Positions 26,610 to 38,151 of a DNA stretch of 64,000 nucleotides are shown here, piece by piece. The DNA comes from Anthoceros angustus. Lineage: Eukaryota; Plantae; Anthocerotophyta. The stretch covers positions 62,001-126,000 of the forward strand of contig VJWM01000103.1 in the NCBI GenBank assembly GCA_010909165.1, read 5' to 3'. Both the position numbers and the translations under genes were made by a program. The notes beneath the pieces were generated by a model that saw only the letters and a program-made list of their open reading frames with translations, ran no database searches and was not told the origin of the DNA. Each line of letters starts with the position of its first letter. Positions within the stretch are counted from its first letter, which is position 1.

Positions 26610-29600
26610 TCATCGTGCATCCATCGAAGAACTGGAGCCCCCCAAAAAGTAGTCGTTTGCAAAAGTGGTCCCAACTTCCCACGATGGGGTGGAAGACGTC
26701 GCCAGGGTCATGAGGGCCACCACCACTACACGCATTGTGGGTCTCAGTTCTGGAACGTCCTTGGTGCACATTCCTGCCAGTTGGGCCATCTGTGATCCAC
26801 CCCAGGTCAGCCCAAGTCAGCTCCGTTACACTTTTTGCTGCTGCACCATACACTTGCTGCAGGGGCTATGGGAAGGGCTCACCTTCCAGGCCGATTCTGG
26901 GGGGTAGCTGTTGCCCAGGGCGGGGTCCATGACTGTCTTCAGCTTCGCCCTCCCGTTTGAATCTTTTAATACCTCGTCGAACTGCAGCAGACCACCGGTC
27001 ATGCTGGTCAGTATCGGTTATGGTTGGCACCAAGTGGGAAAAGAAACAAAGGAAGGAGGAAGCACGGTGACAGACCAAGGTGACAAGGCCCTTCTGCTCC
27101 TGTGAGGACGAGGAGTTCGAGGAAGTGGTGTCCACTCGTACTATAGCTTCCTTGGCAGATAGAATCTCGAAGAGAACTACGCCGAAGGAATAGACGTCCA
27201 CCATGGGGGATACATCTCCAAAGCGAGCATACCTGACAAAAGCGACACCCAAAGTTTTGATACCCAGGCAAACTTAGAGCGAGGGTCAAGGAAGGTTTTG
27301 CGTGGATTGCAGCCTTACTCTGGGGACATGTAGCCGAATGTCCCTACAAGCCTTGTGGGAAGTGTTAATGACATGCTCCCCAGGCTTGACTCCGTTAACT
27401 TTGTCAGACCAAAGTCAGCAACCTGCAAACGCGATAGCATTGGAACCAGAAGGGCAGTCAGTAAAGTCTGGTACGGCAGAGCAGTCAGAGCAAGCCTTGA
27501 CAACTTGTCTCTCACCTTGGCGTGAAAGCATTTGTCGATGAGAATGTTGCTAGATTTGACATCCCTGTGAATGTACGTCGGATTCGTGTGCTCATGGATG
27601 TATTCCAAGCCCCTTGCCGCATCCAGGGCTATTTGCACCCGCTGTGACCAAGTCAATGTTCCTGTCCATCAGCAAGACAACAACGTTTCCAAATCACAAC
27701 TACGGCCACCAGGACGGACCACATTGGTGAAGCAAGCAAAAGAACTCTGCGCTAGCGTTTGCATAAAGTAGGATATAGAAGATGGGGGGAATCAGCACCT
27801 TTCATTAATCCGTGCAAATGCTGGTCCAGAGTGCCATTCTCAACAAACTCGTAGATAAGAAATAAAGAATCCACTGTACAGTATCCTACCAGCTGAACCT
27901 GCGAAGTGCTTGCCGAGCCCATGGTTAAGCATGAAGGTAAGCAATAAGCATTAGATGTGTATCAGCACATAATGCAACCCGAGAATGATACCAGGTTACT
28001 GTGGTGCACATGCGTAAGCACTTGGAGCTCAGCCAAGAACTCCCTTGTTGCTTGCAAATTCATGCGTTTGACTGCTAGCTTCTGGAAGAGTCAAGATAAA
28101 GGGAATCAGCAAAAACCGAGCCCAAGGGTATTGCTGTTACAGACGCAAGCAGTAATTAGCAACAACCCACAACTTGACAAAGAAACTACATCCTCACAAA
28201 CAGAAAGGCTAATGGGATTCGCGAAGCAGTATGTTGCAACGGCAACAAGGAAGCAAGCAACATGCCAACAGTGCCACACCATGACGGTCGATGATGCTGT
28301 ACGGATTGCACTCTAGTAGTACCTGGCCTCGTAGCTCAGCCAAATAGACGGCTCCGTACCCACCCTCCCCTATCTTTTTAGCAGCACTGAAATTGTTGGT
28401 AGCTGCTGCAAGTTCCTCATAAGAAAATTCCACAGATTTATAGTCGCCTAATTCTGGAGGCTCCCTTAACCTTGACAGTGCTCCTTGTGATCCCGATTTT
28501 CCACTTAAGTCTGAGATTCGCGAGTTTTGCCCTACAAATCAGTCCCAGAAGCATGGTGCAGCAAATCAGATACAGGACACTGCACTCAGATACTGCTTGT
28601 CTGGTAACTTAAGATCAAAGTAACAGCATAAGAAGAGCACGCACTAACCTGATAGCATACGAACATCTGACGATTCCGGATGTGATTGATGCAGGTGATT
28701 TATGGGCTTGATCACACCTCTCAATGGAAACCAGCCGAACAAGAAGCAAACCAACACGACTGACAGGAGCATTACCAGCCCAGCTCCTCCAGCAACTGCA
28801 CCCACTGTAATTTCTGTCCTCCTGTTACTTCCCCCGCTTCGATCTGCAATAAACAACCACCCACCATGATACATCGATTCAATAACAAAAGTTGATCGGT
28901 GAAGATCCTCCACTGCTCCGCTCAGCCCATCCGGTTGCACGATGACAAAGCTAAGACGCAGCTGCTGGTCCATGTACTACTTTTCTGCTCAGCTCCATGA
29001 GCAATTTTAAAGACTATAAGCATCGTGACATCCTCACTCCAACGAACTAGTGATTGTAGGAACAAGGGGTTGATAAACTTACTGCACACATCCATCAGGA
29101 CAAATCTATCAGAACACCCTGGTTGACAACTGGGCCTTCAACCTCAGAGTCAGTAACACCTTCCAGCACAACAGCGCAGCAATCCATGACGGAGTTGCTC
29201 AGCTACAGCATAAGATGGAAATTCATGACCAAAACCAACTACATGAGGAGGAGCCTACCTAATAAATTTCGGAAAATGCGTGCTCTTGTCTGCACAGGAA
29301 CGACGATTCCAACAAGCACGTGAGCAAAGTCTTCAAATCGAAACCACATGCAGATGAGATAGAGCCCCATATTGAGTTACATCAGAATGGAAGCCATACG
29401 TCGCTCTGCAATGAGAAGATTGCAACTCTATACACTCTAAAGCAGATTACCTGTAGCAGGTATGAACAAAACTTGACTGGCTTGCAAGTTTGACCAGTTA
29501 GTTCCTGGATTGTAGAACTGTAAGTCGGATGAGGAAACCCCATAGTTTGTGGCAAGAGACTCAATTGTGTCATTAGGCTTCACAGGGTATGTCATGAACA

Positions 29601-30195
29601 AGCCATATTTCTGGTTTAGTGGACTACCGCACGAACAGTTGAGCGGAATTGTAACAGCTTGTCCAGGCACAATAGAATCCTTATCCGAGATCTTAGAAGC
29701 TGCTATGATCCAATCCACTGTTGTGAGGTGCTGGAAGCGTTCTGTGTTGTCTGCAATAAAGGAGAGGCTGTCGCCTTCCACTACCAGATACGGGAAACGG
29801 TAGCTAAGCATTCCATCGGAGCAGCTGCAGGGAAATGGCACGTTAATGGTCTGGCCATCAGAAACGGCATCTGCATCACGAATCCCGGAATTGTATGACA
29901 CGATGAGGTCCGGAGTAATTCCCCCGAACCTTGCCCCGATTATATTCAAGGTGGATCCGGCCGACACCAGATAGGGGGCCACGGCTTCGCAGCCTCCCTT
30001 GGGCACGCACACGGAATTGGCAGGAACAATGTTTCCCATCCAATACCATGATAGCACCAGCAGCACAAGCAACATATCCCACGAGGATGATGATGATGAG
30101 CCTGTCCGACCACCCACCATCAACCCTGCCCCGACGCTCCCCCAGTAAGCTGATAACGGGCTCCTGCTCCCTGTGATCCGCATGCAGCCCTGCAT
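26610..30195 (-). CDS. CERK1: LysM receptor-like kinase, CERK1/LYK type with active-kinase motifs; start may be ATG 30075
   Basis: Signal peptide [12 protein letters not shown]; three LysM domains separated by CSC motifs; TM helix; [48 protein letters not shown]; ends SMDAR*. Confidence 0.9.
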
Positions 30196-31943
30196 CCTGC
30201 ATCCAGCTGCAGCAGCTGCATCCTCCTACCTACGATCCAGAGCACGGCTGCCAGCCCTTGTCGTGGTCAGAGGCGTCCGGGGGTGCATACCCTGGCCCCG
30301 TCCCTGCTGCTGCCTAAATCCGGGAAGACACATGTGCCAGAGAGACTCCACTTCGAGGGCATCTGCTGCTCCCCTATCTGGGGGCCCTCTCGTCACCTGC
30401 GCTTTGTTGTGAGGACTCTCACCTTTGATCTGCATTTACGCGTGAGCTAACCTCCACAAATAACAGCCTCGGTATGCTCCAACGGGACATGCCCTGTAAC
30501 AAGGGGCGCGCATATGCACACAGCACACTCGACTGTCTCTAGTGTGGACCTCTCTGGCTGCTTGCCCCACAATTTCCTGCGACTCCCTCCACTCAAGAGT
30601 CACGCGCACATTCTCAGCAGCATACAAAATTCTTTTCTCTCTCTGCCAGTCTTGCCAGAGGGCAAAGTACACAACAGTAATGGCCATGCCCCTTCCCTAG
30701 CTCCCGGGAAGTTACAGAGTTACCAGCGCCCAGGTGAAGGCCATCATGTCCCACCACCAGGAATCGCAGTGCAGTTGCCACAAACATTGAAACATGAATG
30801 ATGGATGTGAGAGAGAACTGTGGGTGCGGCTGACGATGAGAGTGTGCCAGCAGCAAATGTTTTCTGTAATGAATGGGAGCATTTGCAAGGTAACAGTTCA
30901 ATACACATGGGTCCGACCATAGGCCCTTGTGAGCTGGCCGGTGCAGACTGTGTGCGGAATGGACCTGAAACCAAAGTGCTGCTGGAGTGTACACATGTTT
31001 AGACCACACCCCCTCGATGGGCAACATGTGCTGATGAGTGTTTGTACCGCATCTGGCAGAAGCAGGCCATGAGTCATGACCCCTTTCCTTTCATGAGACC
31101 TTCGGCGGTGCTGCCCTGCCCTGCCCTGCCCTCCCATGCCCTGCCTCTTCTCCCCTCTTTCCTCTATCCGTTGCATCGTCATGCTCGGCTTGGCACTGTC
31201 CCTGCCTGCACTTTTCTCTCTCATGCGCTGAGAGTGGTGAAGAGAGATCGGGAGCTCTTCTGCGAGTCGTACTCCTCGGCTTTTGTTGCTGTCCTATCCG
31301 CCGGATTTTCCTGCATCTGCTAATAGCTCGCAGATCAGAGGCTGCAGAGCGGAGCAGAGCAGGGCAGGGGAGGGGAGGGGAAGTTTCTTCGCCTGCTCGA
31401 TTGCATGTTCTCGCTCTCATCAAGTTGGTCGCATCCTGCCACGTTTGCAGTAATCTCCCTACCTTCCGAGACTCTATCTCGGTTGCCAGGTCTCTGTACT
31501 GCGCTTTCTTCTCTTGCTCTGCTGTCGTACCGTCTCGCCTTTTCCCTCCAAGAGCTCGAGACAGGCCAAACAGGCCGCGCCTGGGCTGGCCTGGGTTTTC
31601 TTTCTTGGAGCGCGCCGCTCCGTCTTGGCAAGAGCTTGTGGGCAGTGGCCTGAAGCAGCGTCTGATCTAGATCTAGTCGCACGATCAGTTTGATGGCAGG
31701 ACATGAGCGGTATGTAGCCGTTCTTGTGACTGCGAGGCTAGGACAGGCTGGGAGCAGTGCGCACGGAATTGGGCTCCTTGCCTGTACCCGGCAATGGCTT
31801 GATGGTCAGGGAGCGTGAAAATGCGTTCCGGTTGCTGCCGAGCTCCGCAAACAGGAGGCGAGGCAGCAGCCAAACAAGGTAGCTAGTCTTGTGTGAGCAG
31901 TGTGGCAGGTGTGTAGTGGTGGTCTGGGAAGTTGACACATCAG

Positions 31944-33416
31944 ATGGAGGAGCTCTTCGAATTTGATGCCCGTTATCGTGTGGGCTCTGAGTCCGCCGGG
32001 GGAAGCTATGCAGCTGGATGGCAGAGCCCTCGTATTTCCTTCTCGACGGGATTTGCAGACATGGGCAAGCAAGAGGTTCCCAGTTTGTCGTCCAACAGGG
32101 AAGAAAGCAGCGGCTGTGAGGACGACTCGGAGGACTCGGCCAAAAAGCAGGGGCAGGGAGAGGATCACTCGTCCGAGTTCGAGTTTTCCATCTCGGACGA
32201 ATTCACGTGCTTCCCTGAAGGATCTATGCTGCCAGCCGATGAGCTCTTCTACAAGGGCAAACTGCTGCCTCTGCAGCAGTCCAGGAGGTCGCAGATGGTG
32301 GAGCTGCTGTCCTCGTCTTCTTCTTCTTCATCTTCGTCTACGGAGATCTCGTCCAAAGCAAGAAAGAGCAATCCTGCTGTACATTACAAGTCCGCCCCCT
32401 TTCCCTATCCCATTGTTTCGTCACCCCCGGCTGTGAGGTGCCCCCCTCAGGAGACTCCCCTCTCCTCCCCATTCCCCTATCCAATTGCCACGTCCACGCA
32501 CTCCGGTACCTCCTCTGTACCTAAATTGCCTGGGGTCTACTTGTCAGCAACCTCCAAGTGCCGGAGGTGCTCTAAGTGGAAGGAGGTGCTGGGATCCTTC
32601 AGGCGGGCGAACAAGGGTTCTGGACAAAAGGCCCTGGATGCTGCCGTAGACGAGTGTGACCATTCCTGCGTCGGCAAGGCCCCTTCTGGAAGCAAGAGAC
32701 CCAAGGTGTTGAGGCTCTTCTTCAGAGGGAACGGGCATGGCCATTGTCATGGACAGGAGTCCAGCAAGGAGGAGCCGAATCTGCCACAGCCTCTGGAAGA
32801 CCACGAGCAAGGTTTGCTTGATGCAGCAGCAGAGTCCGGCTCTGATGTCTCTGGCAGCTTTAAGGCATCAATCAGCAGCACCGATGGGCCAGGGGCAGGG
32901 AGAAGCACATTCACTTCGGAGGCTCCCTCGAGGATTCCCGACACTGTCCCAGTGGGGAGGTTGTTCGAGACATGCCGGCCGTACAAGACCAGAGATGCAG
33001 CATCAGCTGTGAGGGCCAACTGCAGTCCAGGGAGGAGAAGCCCTGGCAGGGTAAGTCCAGGCAGAGCAAGTCCAAGCAGGGTGTCTGTGAAGGTTGGGGA
33101 CAGATTCGTCCCTCGTCGAAGCACTGCTGTGGGCAAAATTGTGCTCAAGAACTTGGAGAGGGTGAGCAGCCCCACCAAGCGAGCTGTGGGTGTGATGAAC
33201 AGGGAGAACAGGCAACCTGACAAGGCGGGCCTTTACACGGCGAGTGTGAGAGTCATGCCAGTGCTCAATGTGCCTGCGGTGTCCATCAAGCCGGCTCTTA
33301 GAGGTGCCAACTTCTCCTCCAAGTCCCGGATTACAGAGCTGAAGCACCTCTTTACCAAGAAGGAGACGGCTCCATCTGCCTCTGCCCCGTTGCTGGATCA
33401 TGCCAAGACTTCCTGA
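31944..33416 (+). CDS. Intronless 490-aa plant protein with SPRISFS, FEFS and MLPADELFYKGKLLPL motifs (MAKR/BKI1- or DUF1645-like)
   Basis: Long uninterrupted ORF carrying the ADELF-GKLLPL motif, basic KWKEVL segment and PVLNVP motif. Confidence 0.75.
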   Translation: MEELFEFDARYRVGSESAGGSYAAGWQSPRISFSTGFADMGKQEVPSLSSNREESSGCEDDSEDSAKKQGQGEDHSSEFEFSISDEFTCFPEGSMLPADELFYKGKLLPLQQSRRSQMVELLSSSSSSSSSSTEISSKARKSNPAVHYKSAPFPYPIVSSPPAVRCPPQETPLSSPFPYPIATSTHSGTSSVPKLPGVYLSATSKCRRCSKWKEVLGSFRRANKGSGQKALDAAVDECDHSCVGKAPSGSKRPKVLRLFFRGNGHGHCHGQESSKEEPNLPQPLEDHEQGLLDAAAESGSDVSGSFKASISSTDGPGAGRSTFTSEAPSRIPDTVPVGRLFETCRPYKTRDAASAVRANCSPGRRSPGRVSPGRASPSRVSVKVGDRFVPRRSTAVGKIVLKNLERVSSPTKRAVGVMNRENRQPDKAGLYTASVRVMPVLNVPAVSIKPALRGANFSSKSRITELKHLFTKKETAPSASAPLLDHAKTS

Positions 33417-33701
33417 CCTGGCCGCACTTGTATGTGTATGTATGCAGAATATGTAAATTTTGGTTTCTAGCTTCTCAAGAGGTGTGCAGTGCGATCAAGC
33501 CATGCCAGAAAAAGCTGTACGCAATTCGCAAATGCTTGCAAGTGTGTACTGGGAGTAAGTTACTTCAATGCCTCACTACCACGTGCCTGTGGTTATGAGC
33601 TGTGATGTGAGTACATACATACATAGCTTCATATCCAATTCCGTCCGCTTCTCGTCTACTATTTTAGCCATGGCTGTGGTTGCTTTCCGGTGGAAGCTTT
33701 C

Positions 33702-33923
33702 AATGGAAGGCGGCCACGTCAAGACCGGTGGTTCCGTAATAATAAGGAGCAACGGTAGCTGAGCCTGACATCCTCTTCTCCCCATAAGCAGAGTGTCAGG
33801 TGCTGATGACATCCTCGGGAAACTGTGTCGTGCTCATGTGTAGGCCATTGTCGGACTCAAGAAAGGGCTTGCAGGATGCCGGTGGCCGCCTAAACTTGTC
33901 TTGAGCTGCGAGATTCCATTTTT
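33702..33923 (+). ncRNA. Candidate structured non-coding RNA of unknown family (pseudoknotted, ends in T5)
   Basis: Long-range complementary pairs in pseudoknot order, several internal helices that need G-U pairs on the + strand, terminal helix followed by TTTTT; see findings. Confidence 0.4.
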
Positions 33924-33935
33924 AGGGTTAGGGTT
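33921..33935. promoter_or_regulatory. Telomere-type repeat / telo-box-like element TTTAGGGTTAGGGTT
   Basis: Seen directly; function inferred. Confidence 0.5.
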
Positions 33936-34421
33936 AAAGGCCGGCGCCCCGCCTGGGGATCGGAACGGCGGCGCGTGGGAGCAGTTGATATCGTTGGCGC
34001 GAACTTTGTATCCATTAATGAGAGGCGTAGTGGCCGAGAAATGGCGCTTTGTCATTTGCGTGTCAGATGCGAGCGGCATTATTCGCATTCTGTTGGTTGT
34101 AGTGCCGCGCGCTCACGCAACTGCGGATTCCAGAACGCACTGGGAAGTTGCCTTTCCGACTTGCCATTGGGAGTTGGAGAAACATCTTGGCAGGCATGGC
34201 CATGGCGGGCATCACCGAGAAGGAGGAGGATGCGGCACATTAAATTTCCAGGGGGTCCACCTTGCGTCCCGTGTCTTATGTGTGTACTGCAGATCTTTCT
34301 ATGGCCAGCTGTTTGTACAGAATTGCAAGAGCGAGTTTCACGTTTTCAGGAACCGGGAGCTGGAATCTAGGGGTCGGCAGGCCGGGTAGGTTCCTGAATT
34401 CCCTCCTACTTCCCCAAGTAT

Positions 34422-36129
34422 TTAGAAGGTAGGACTTCGTGGTGGGGAAGGTTCTAAGTTGGCCCGCTCCACCGGCTTGCTTGAGGTGCCATAAACTATG
34501 AGGCGAGGAATAATTCTTCGGACGGCGTCCACAGGGACAGCGAAGTTCACTCCCGAGGACATGCCGGATCCTGCGTCAAATGTTCCCAAGCATCCGTTTA
34601 CTTTGAGTACAGAATGGTAGGTTTTGGGGAAGAGGTAAGGGTTGGGAGCAAGGCAACGGAAAGAATACCTTGGCGGGTGAAAGTGGCTGTGTTGATACCG
34701 ATGGCCCGCCCGAACGAGTCCAGCAGGGGCCCTCCCGAGTTGCCTGCAAAAGTGACATGAGGTGGGAGCGAGTGATACCCGAAAACGTGACATTGGCAAT
34801 TACGAATCACTCGCACCAGCATTGATGGCGGCATCAGTTTGAATTGCTCCTGGTATTGGCTGCCCAGACGGTGAGGGTATCTCCCTGCCCAGTCCACTCA
34901 CAACCTGTCGGATAAGGAAGGTGTGAGGGAAGGAGACTGCGGTGATGTATGATGGAAGGCATAGGTGAGATGCTTACCCCGGTAGTGAGAGTATGCTCAT
35001 AGCCGTAGGGGTTGCCCAGGGCATAGCAGCTCTGTCCAACTCTCACATCCTCAGAGCTGCCCAAGGGAATAGGGCGTAGCAGCTCCTCATTGGCTTCAAT
35101 CTGCGATGAGACACACACCAAAGGTTGTTACAGCCAGAGACAAATCGGCATGAACCACAATGCTGTGTGAAAGTAGAAAAGGACGGAATCCCTCCTAACC
35201 TTGAGAACAGCAAGATCCCGGGTTGAATCAATCCCTATGAGCTTTGCCTCGAACGTGGATTCCTTCCCATCGGGGCCAAGGACTGAGACCTGCAAAGGAG
35301 GTAGGATGAGAACTTTTGACACAGGCACATGTAGCGAACAAGGGCTGCTAGATTAGAGAATTCTCACTTGAGAACGCTGCTTCCGAGACGAATCAAGAGC
35401 CAACTTTGCCACCACATGGTAGTTGGTAACCTGTCATACGGGATGAGAGGATGTGAGGATGACTGATCAAGCACTCCACCTCCTGCTTCCAGAGAGAAAT
35501 GGAAGGACCGTCTTCCCACCCACGCAAAATTAACTCACGATATGGCCGAATTTGTCCCACACAAACCCTGAGCCAATTCCTTCCACCTTGACGATCTCCT
35601 CGGCTCCATTTCTAGGAGTTTCTACGGCCAAATCCTGGATGGACACCACAGACCTAGTGGCATCCTGTCCCCTTCAAAACCACCAATGCGCTGGATGATG
35701 TCGGGCATGCTCCAGGGAGCCCTACAACCAGCTGCTGAGGAATGAAAGACGCTGTAACGCAGACGCAACGCCCACCTGAAACAGCTGCACTAGTCGCAGC
35801 TCGTCCTCGTCGAGCTCATCCGTCTCTGGCTGCTCCAATTCCAATGCCCGCAGCCAGGGCACCTGTGCCCACGTTAGGGACGCGCCCGTAACCCCTAGCA
35901 ACCATCTGCGCCCCGGCTCCTGCCTCTGCCGGCTGCTGGAGCAGTGATCCCCTGTTGGCAGCTCATCTCCTCTCTCGGCAACGCAGCTCAGGGTTCTGCT
36001 CTCCCGAAATCCACCCGACCTGTTCCAGAATCTGACTCCGCCGAATGCAGCACTGCTGGCTCCATCATGCTTAGTCCGCACAGAACGCAAGTCTGGCAGG
36101 TGCCAAAGGCGAGAGCTGGTGAGCGCCAT
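34422..36129 (-). CDS. DEG5: Thylakoid-lumen Deg protease 5 (no PDZ domain), multi-exon
   Basis: Transit peptide with twin-Arg RRWLLG; GSGFVWDKFGHIVTNYHVV, DLAVLK and QTDAAINAGNSGGPLLDS triad motifs; ends soon after RLIVYG. Confidence 0.92.
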
Positions 36130-36499
36130 GGCTGGTGGGCAGGAACAGAGCTCGTGCTTCACAAGTTCCCTGTGGGCCTTGACACACACAACAACGTTGC
36201 AAGCGTGGAAACTTGGACACGGTTGACGTGGTAATTTAGGTGATGCGCCAAGGTAGTCCAAGTGCTGACCCTTGGGAAACGCAGTTAGCAAGGCAGCGAT
36301 GGGCATGGAAGTTTCGCGATGTGCTTCCACCCACTACCCAGTCCCAGCTGCAGCGGTGCAGATCCTTCCATGGCTCGTGGTGTACACTTTCCCCTCACGG
36401 CCTTGCAGCTGTCGTGTAGATAAACCCGGCGTTGGGTCATTTCAGCAGCCAGTCCCATACTTCTTAGACCAGGAGTCACAGTAACTCGGTAGAAACGCG

Positions 36500-37334
36500 A
36501 TGGCGGCATTCGCTGTTCCAGACAACTTCGGCTACGTGGTGCTCACAATAGTGGCGAGCGGTTTGCTCACGCAGTGGCAGGCATTTCAGGTGGAAATCAC
36601 ACTTCCTACTCAGCCGCGCCATACATCTGTGAAATGGACGCTTTGATCATGAGCAATGGCTGTCTGACTGGCAGGTAGGAAAGGCGAGGAGGAAGTACAA
36701 TGTGAAGTATCCAAAGGTGACGAGCGCCCTGAGGCTGACACTGCTGCGTGACGCAGTGAAGCACATTGTTTGGAGGGTTTAGAGTTGTGTGATGGCTTCA
36801 TGAATGTAGAAATATTTGTTTTGTGGCACAAGCAGATGTACGAGGAGGCGGAGAGATCCGTTTTCAACTGCTACCAACGTGCCCACCAGAACACGTTGGA
36901 GAGCTATCCCATATTTCTAGTACTGCTGCTGGTTGCTGGCTTGGGCTACCCTATCATAGCTGCCATGTGAGTCTACTCAACCCGATTACTGATCAGCTTG
37001 CTGTGACTCTGCGTCGCACATGTAGTCCCACTTGCTCACTCAGCTCTGATTGCTTGCAGATTTGGCTGGATTTGGGTGGTTGGCCGAGTGGTCTACACCC
37101 TCGGGTACTGATTCTGCCACCACCTATTTGTCTTCCTCTTGGCTAGCTTGCTATACGTACTACTCTGAAGTGATTCTGAAAGATTGACCCGCCGTCGCTG
37201 CATTTCTCAGGTATTACACTGGCAACCCCAAGAACAGGTTGAAGGGCATGTGGAACATCTTAGGGCTCATCGGACTTGCAGTTACGAGTGTGGTGTTTAG
37301 CCTTCAGCATATCGGCGTTCCCAAGCTGTTCTGA
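36500..37334 (+). CDS. MGST3: Microsomal glutathione S-transferase 3 (MAPEG family), 5 exons
   Basis: VGKARRKYNVKYP, FNCYQRAHQNTLE, GRVVYTLGYYTGNPKNR. Confidence 0.93.
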
Positions 37335-38004
37335 CGCGTTTTTCCCACTTAAAGTTGGTTTTCTATTTCTTTGCCTTTTCCGTCCGTTGCCCTGAATTCC
37401 TAGCTAGACAGCAGGCAGGCTGTCGTGCACCTTGAAGTCTTTCTACAGTCTCTGCCATGTAGTGTCGTCCCTTGTGAGACGCAAAGCGAAATCTGCTCCT
37501 GGCTGCGATTTTGAACGCTATGGGAAAATCTTGACGACTTCTCGCTCGGTGGAGGCAGGGCGGAGTTCCGATTAGCCGTACTGGACACGGAAAACATTCC
37601 GGTCAGGTGTGGGGCTATGGGCCCACATTCCGTCTATGTGCTTCATCCCAATTCTGATGGCACACTTTCTCAATACTGATCTGCCCTTTGTTAGGCTGTG
37701 TAGTTGGTTCCTCAAAATCACCTTCAATCGCGTACACTACTAAACATACTAATATATAATATACTAAATAAATATTATATATAACCATTAGATTACATAT
37801 TACAAGATTCCATTATAATACTGATTACTAATATATAATCTACTAAAGAGGTATTGTATAATATACTGAATAGATATTTATAAATAAAGAGATGCAATTA
37901 GTACGTAACAAGTTCTATGAAAATATTTCCCTCATTTAGGAAGACTTTCTAGTATTTATAAGGGTTCTAACTAAACAGATTGCGCACTTGAAATTTTGCA
38001 GAGG

Positions 38005-38130
38005 CTGCTCCCCTACAGAATAATTGTAGCATTAGTATAGTCATCCATCAGTCATATTGCTCCCCTACACTACAGAATAATTGTAGCATTAGTATAGTCA
38101 TCCATCAGTCATATTGCTCCCCTACACAAC
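38005..38130. repeat. ~56-bp direct tandem duplication upstream of the RING gene
   Basis: ctacagaataattgtagcattagtatagtcatccatcagtcatattgctcccctaca occurs twice. Confidence 0.9.
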
Positions 38131-38151
38131 AGTTGTAGTAATTGTGTTGAA

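Noticed and set aside
33800-33840. Hammerhead core-like CTGATGA...GAAA...GTC
   Set aside because: Stem I cannot pair and stem II is only ~2 bp.
33709-33904. HDV-like ribozyme or RNase P/MRP identity for the structured element
   Set aside because: Topology is similar, but the HDV L3/P1.1/J4-2 nucleotides and the GGAAAGUC-type P4 consensus are missing.
37735-37750. CACTAC as a CACTA transposon terminus
   Set aside because: No matching inverted terminus longer than ~6 bp and no TSD found.
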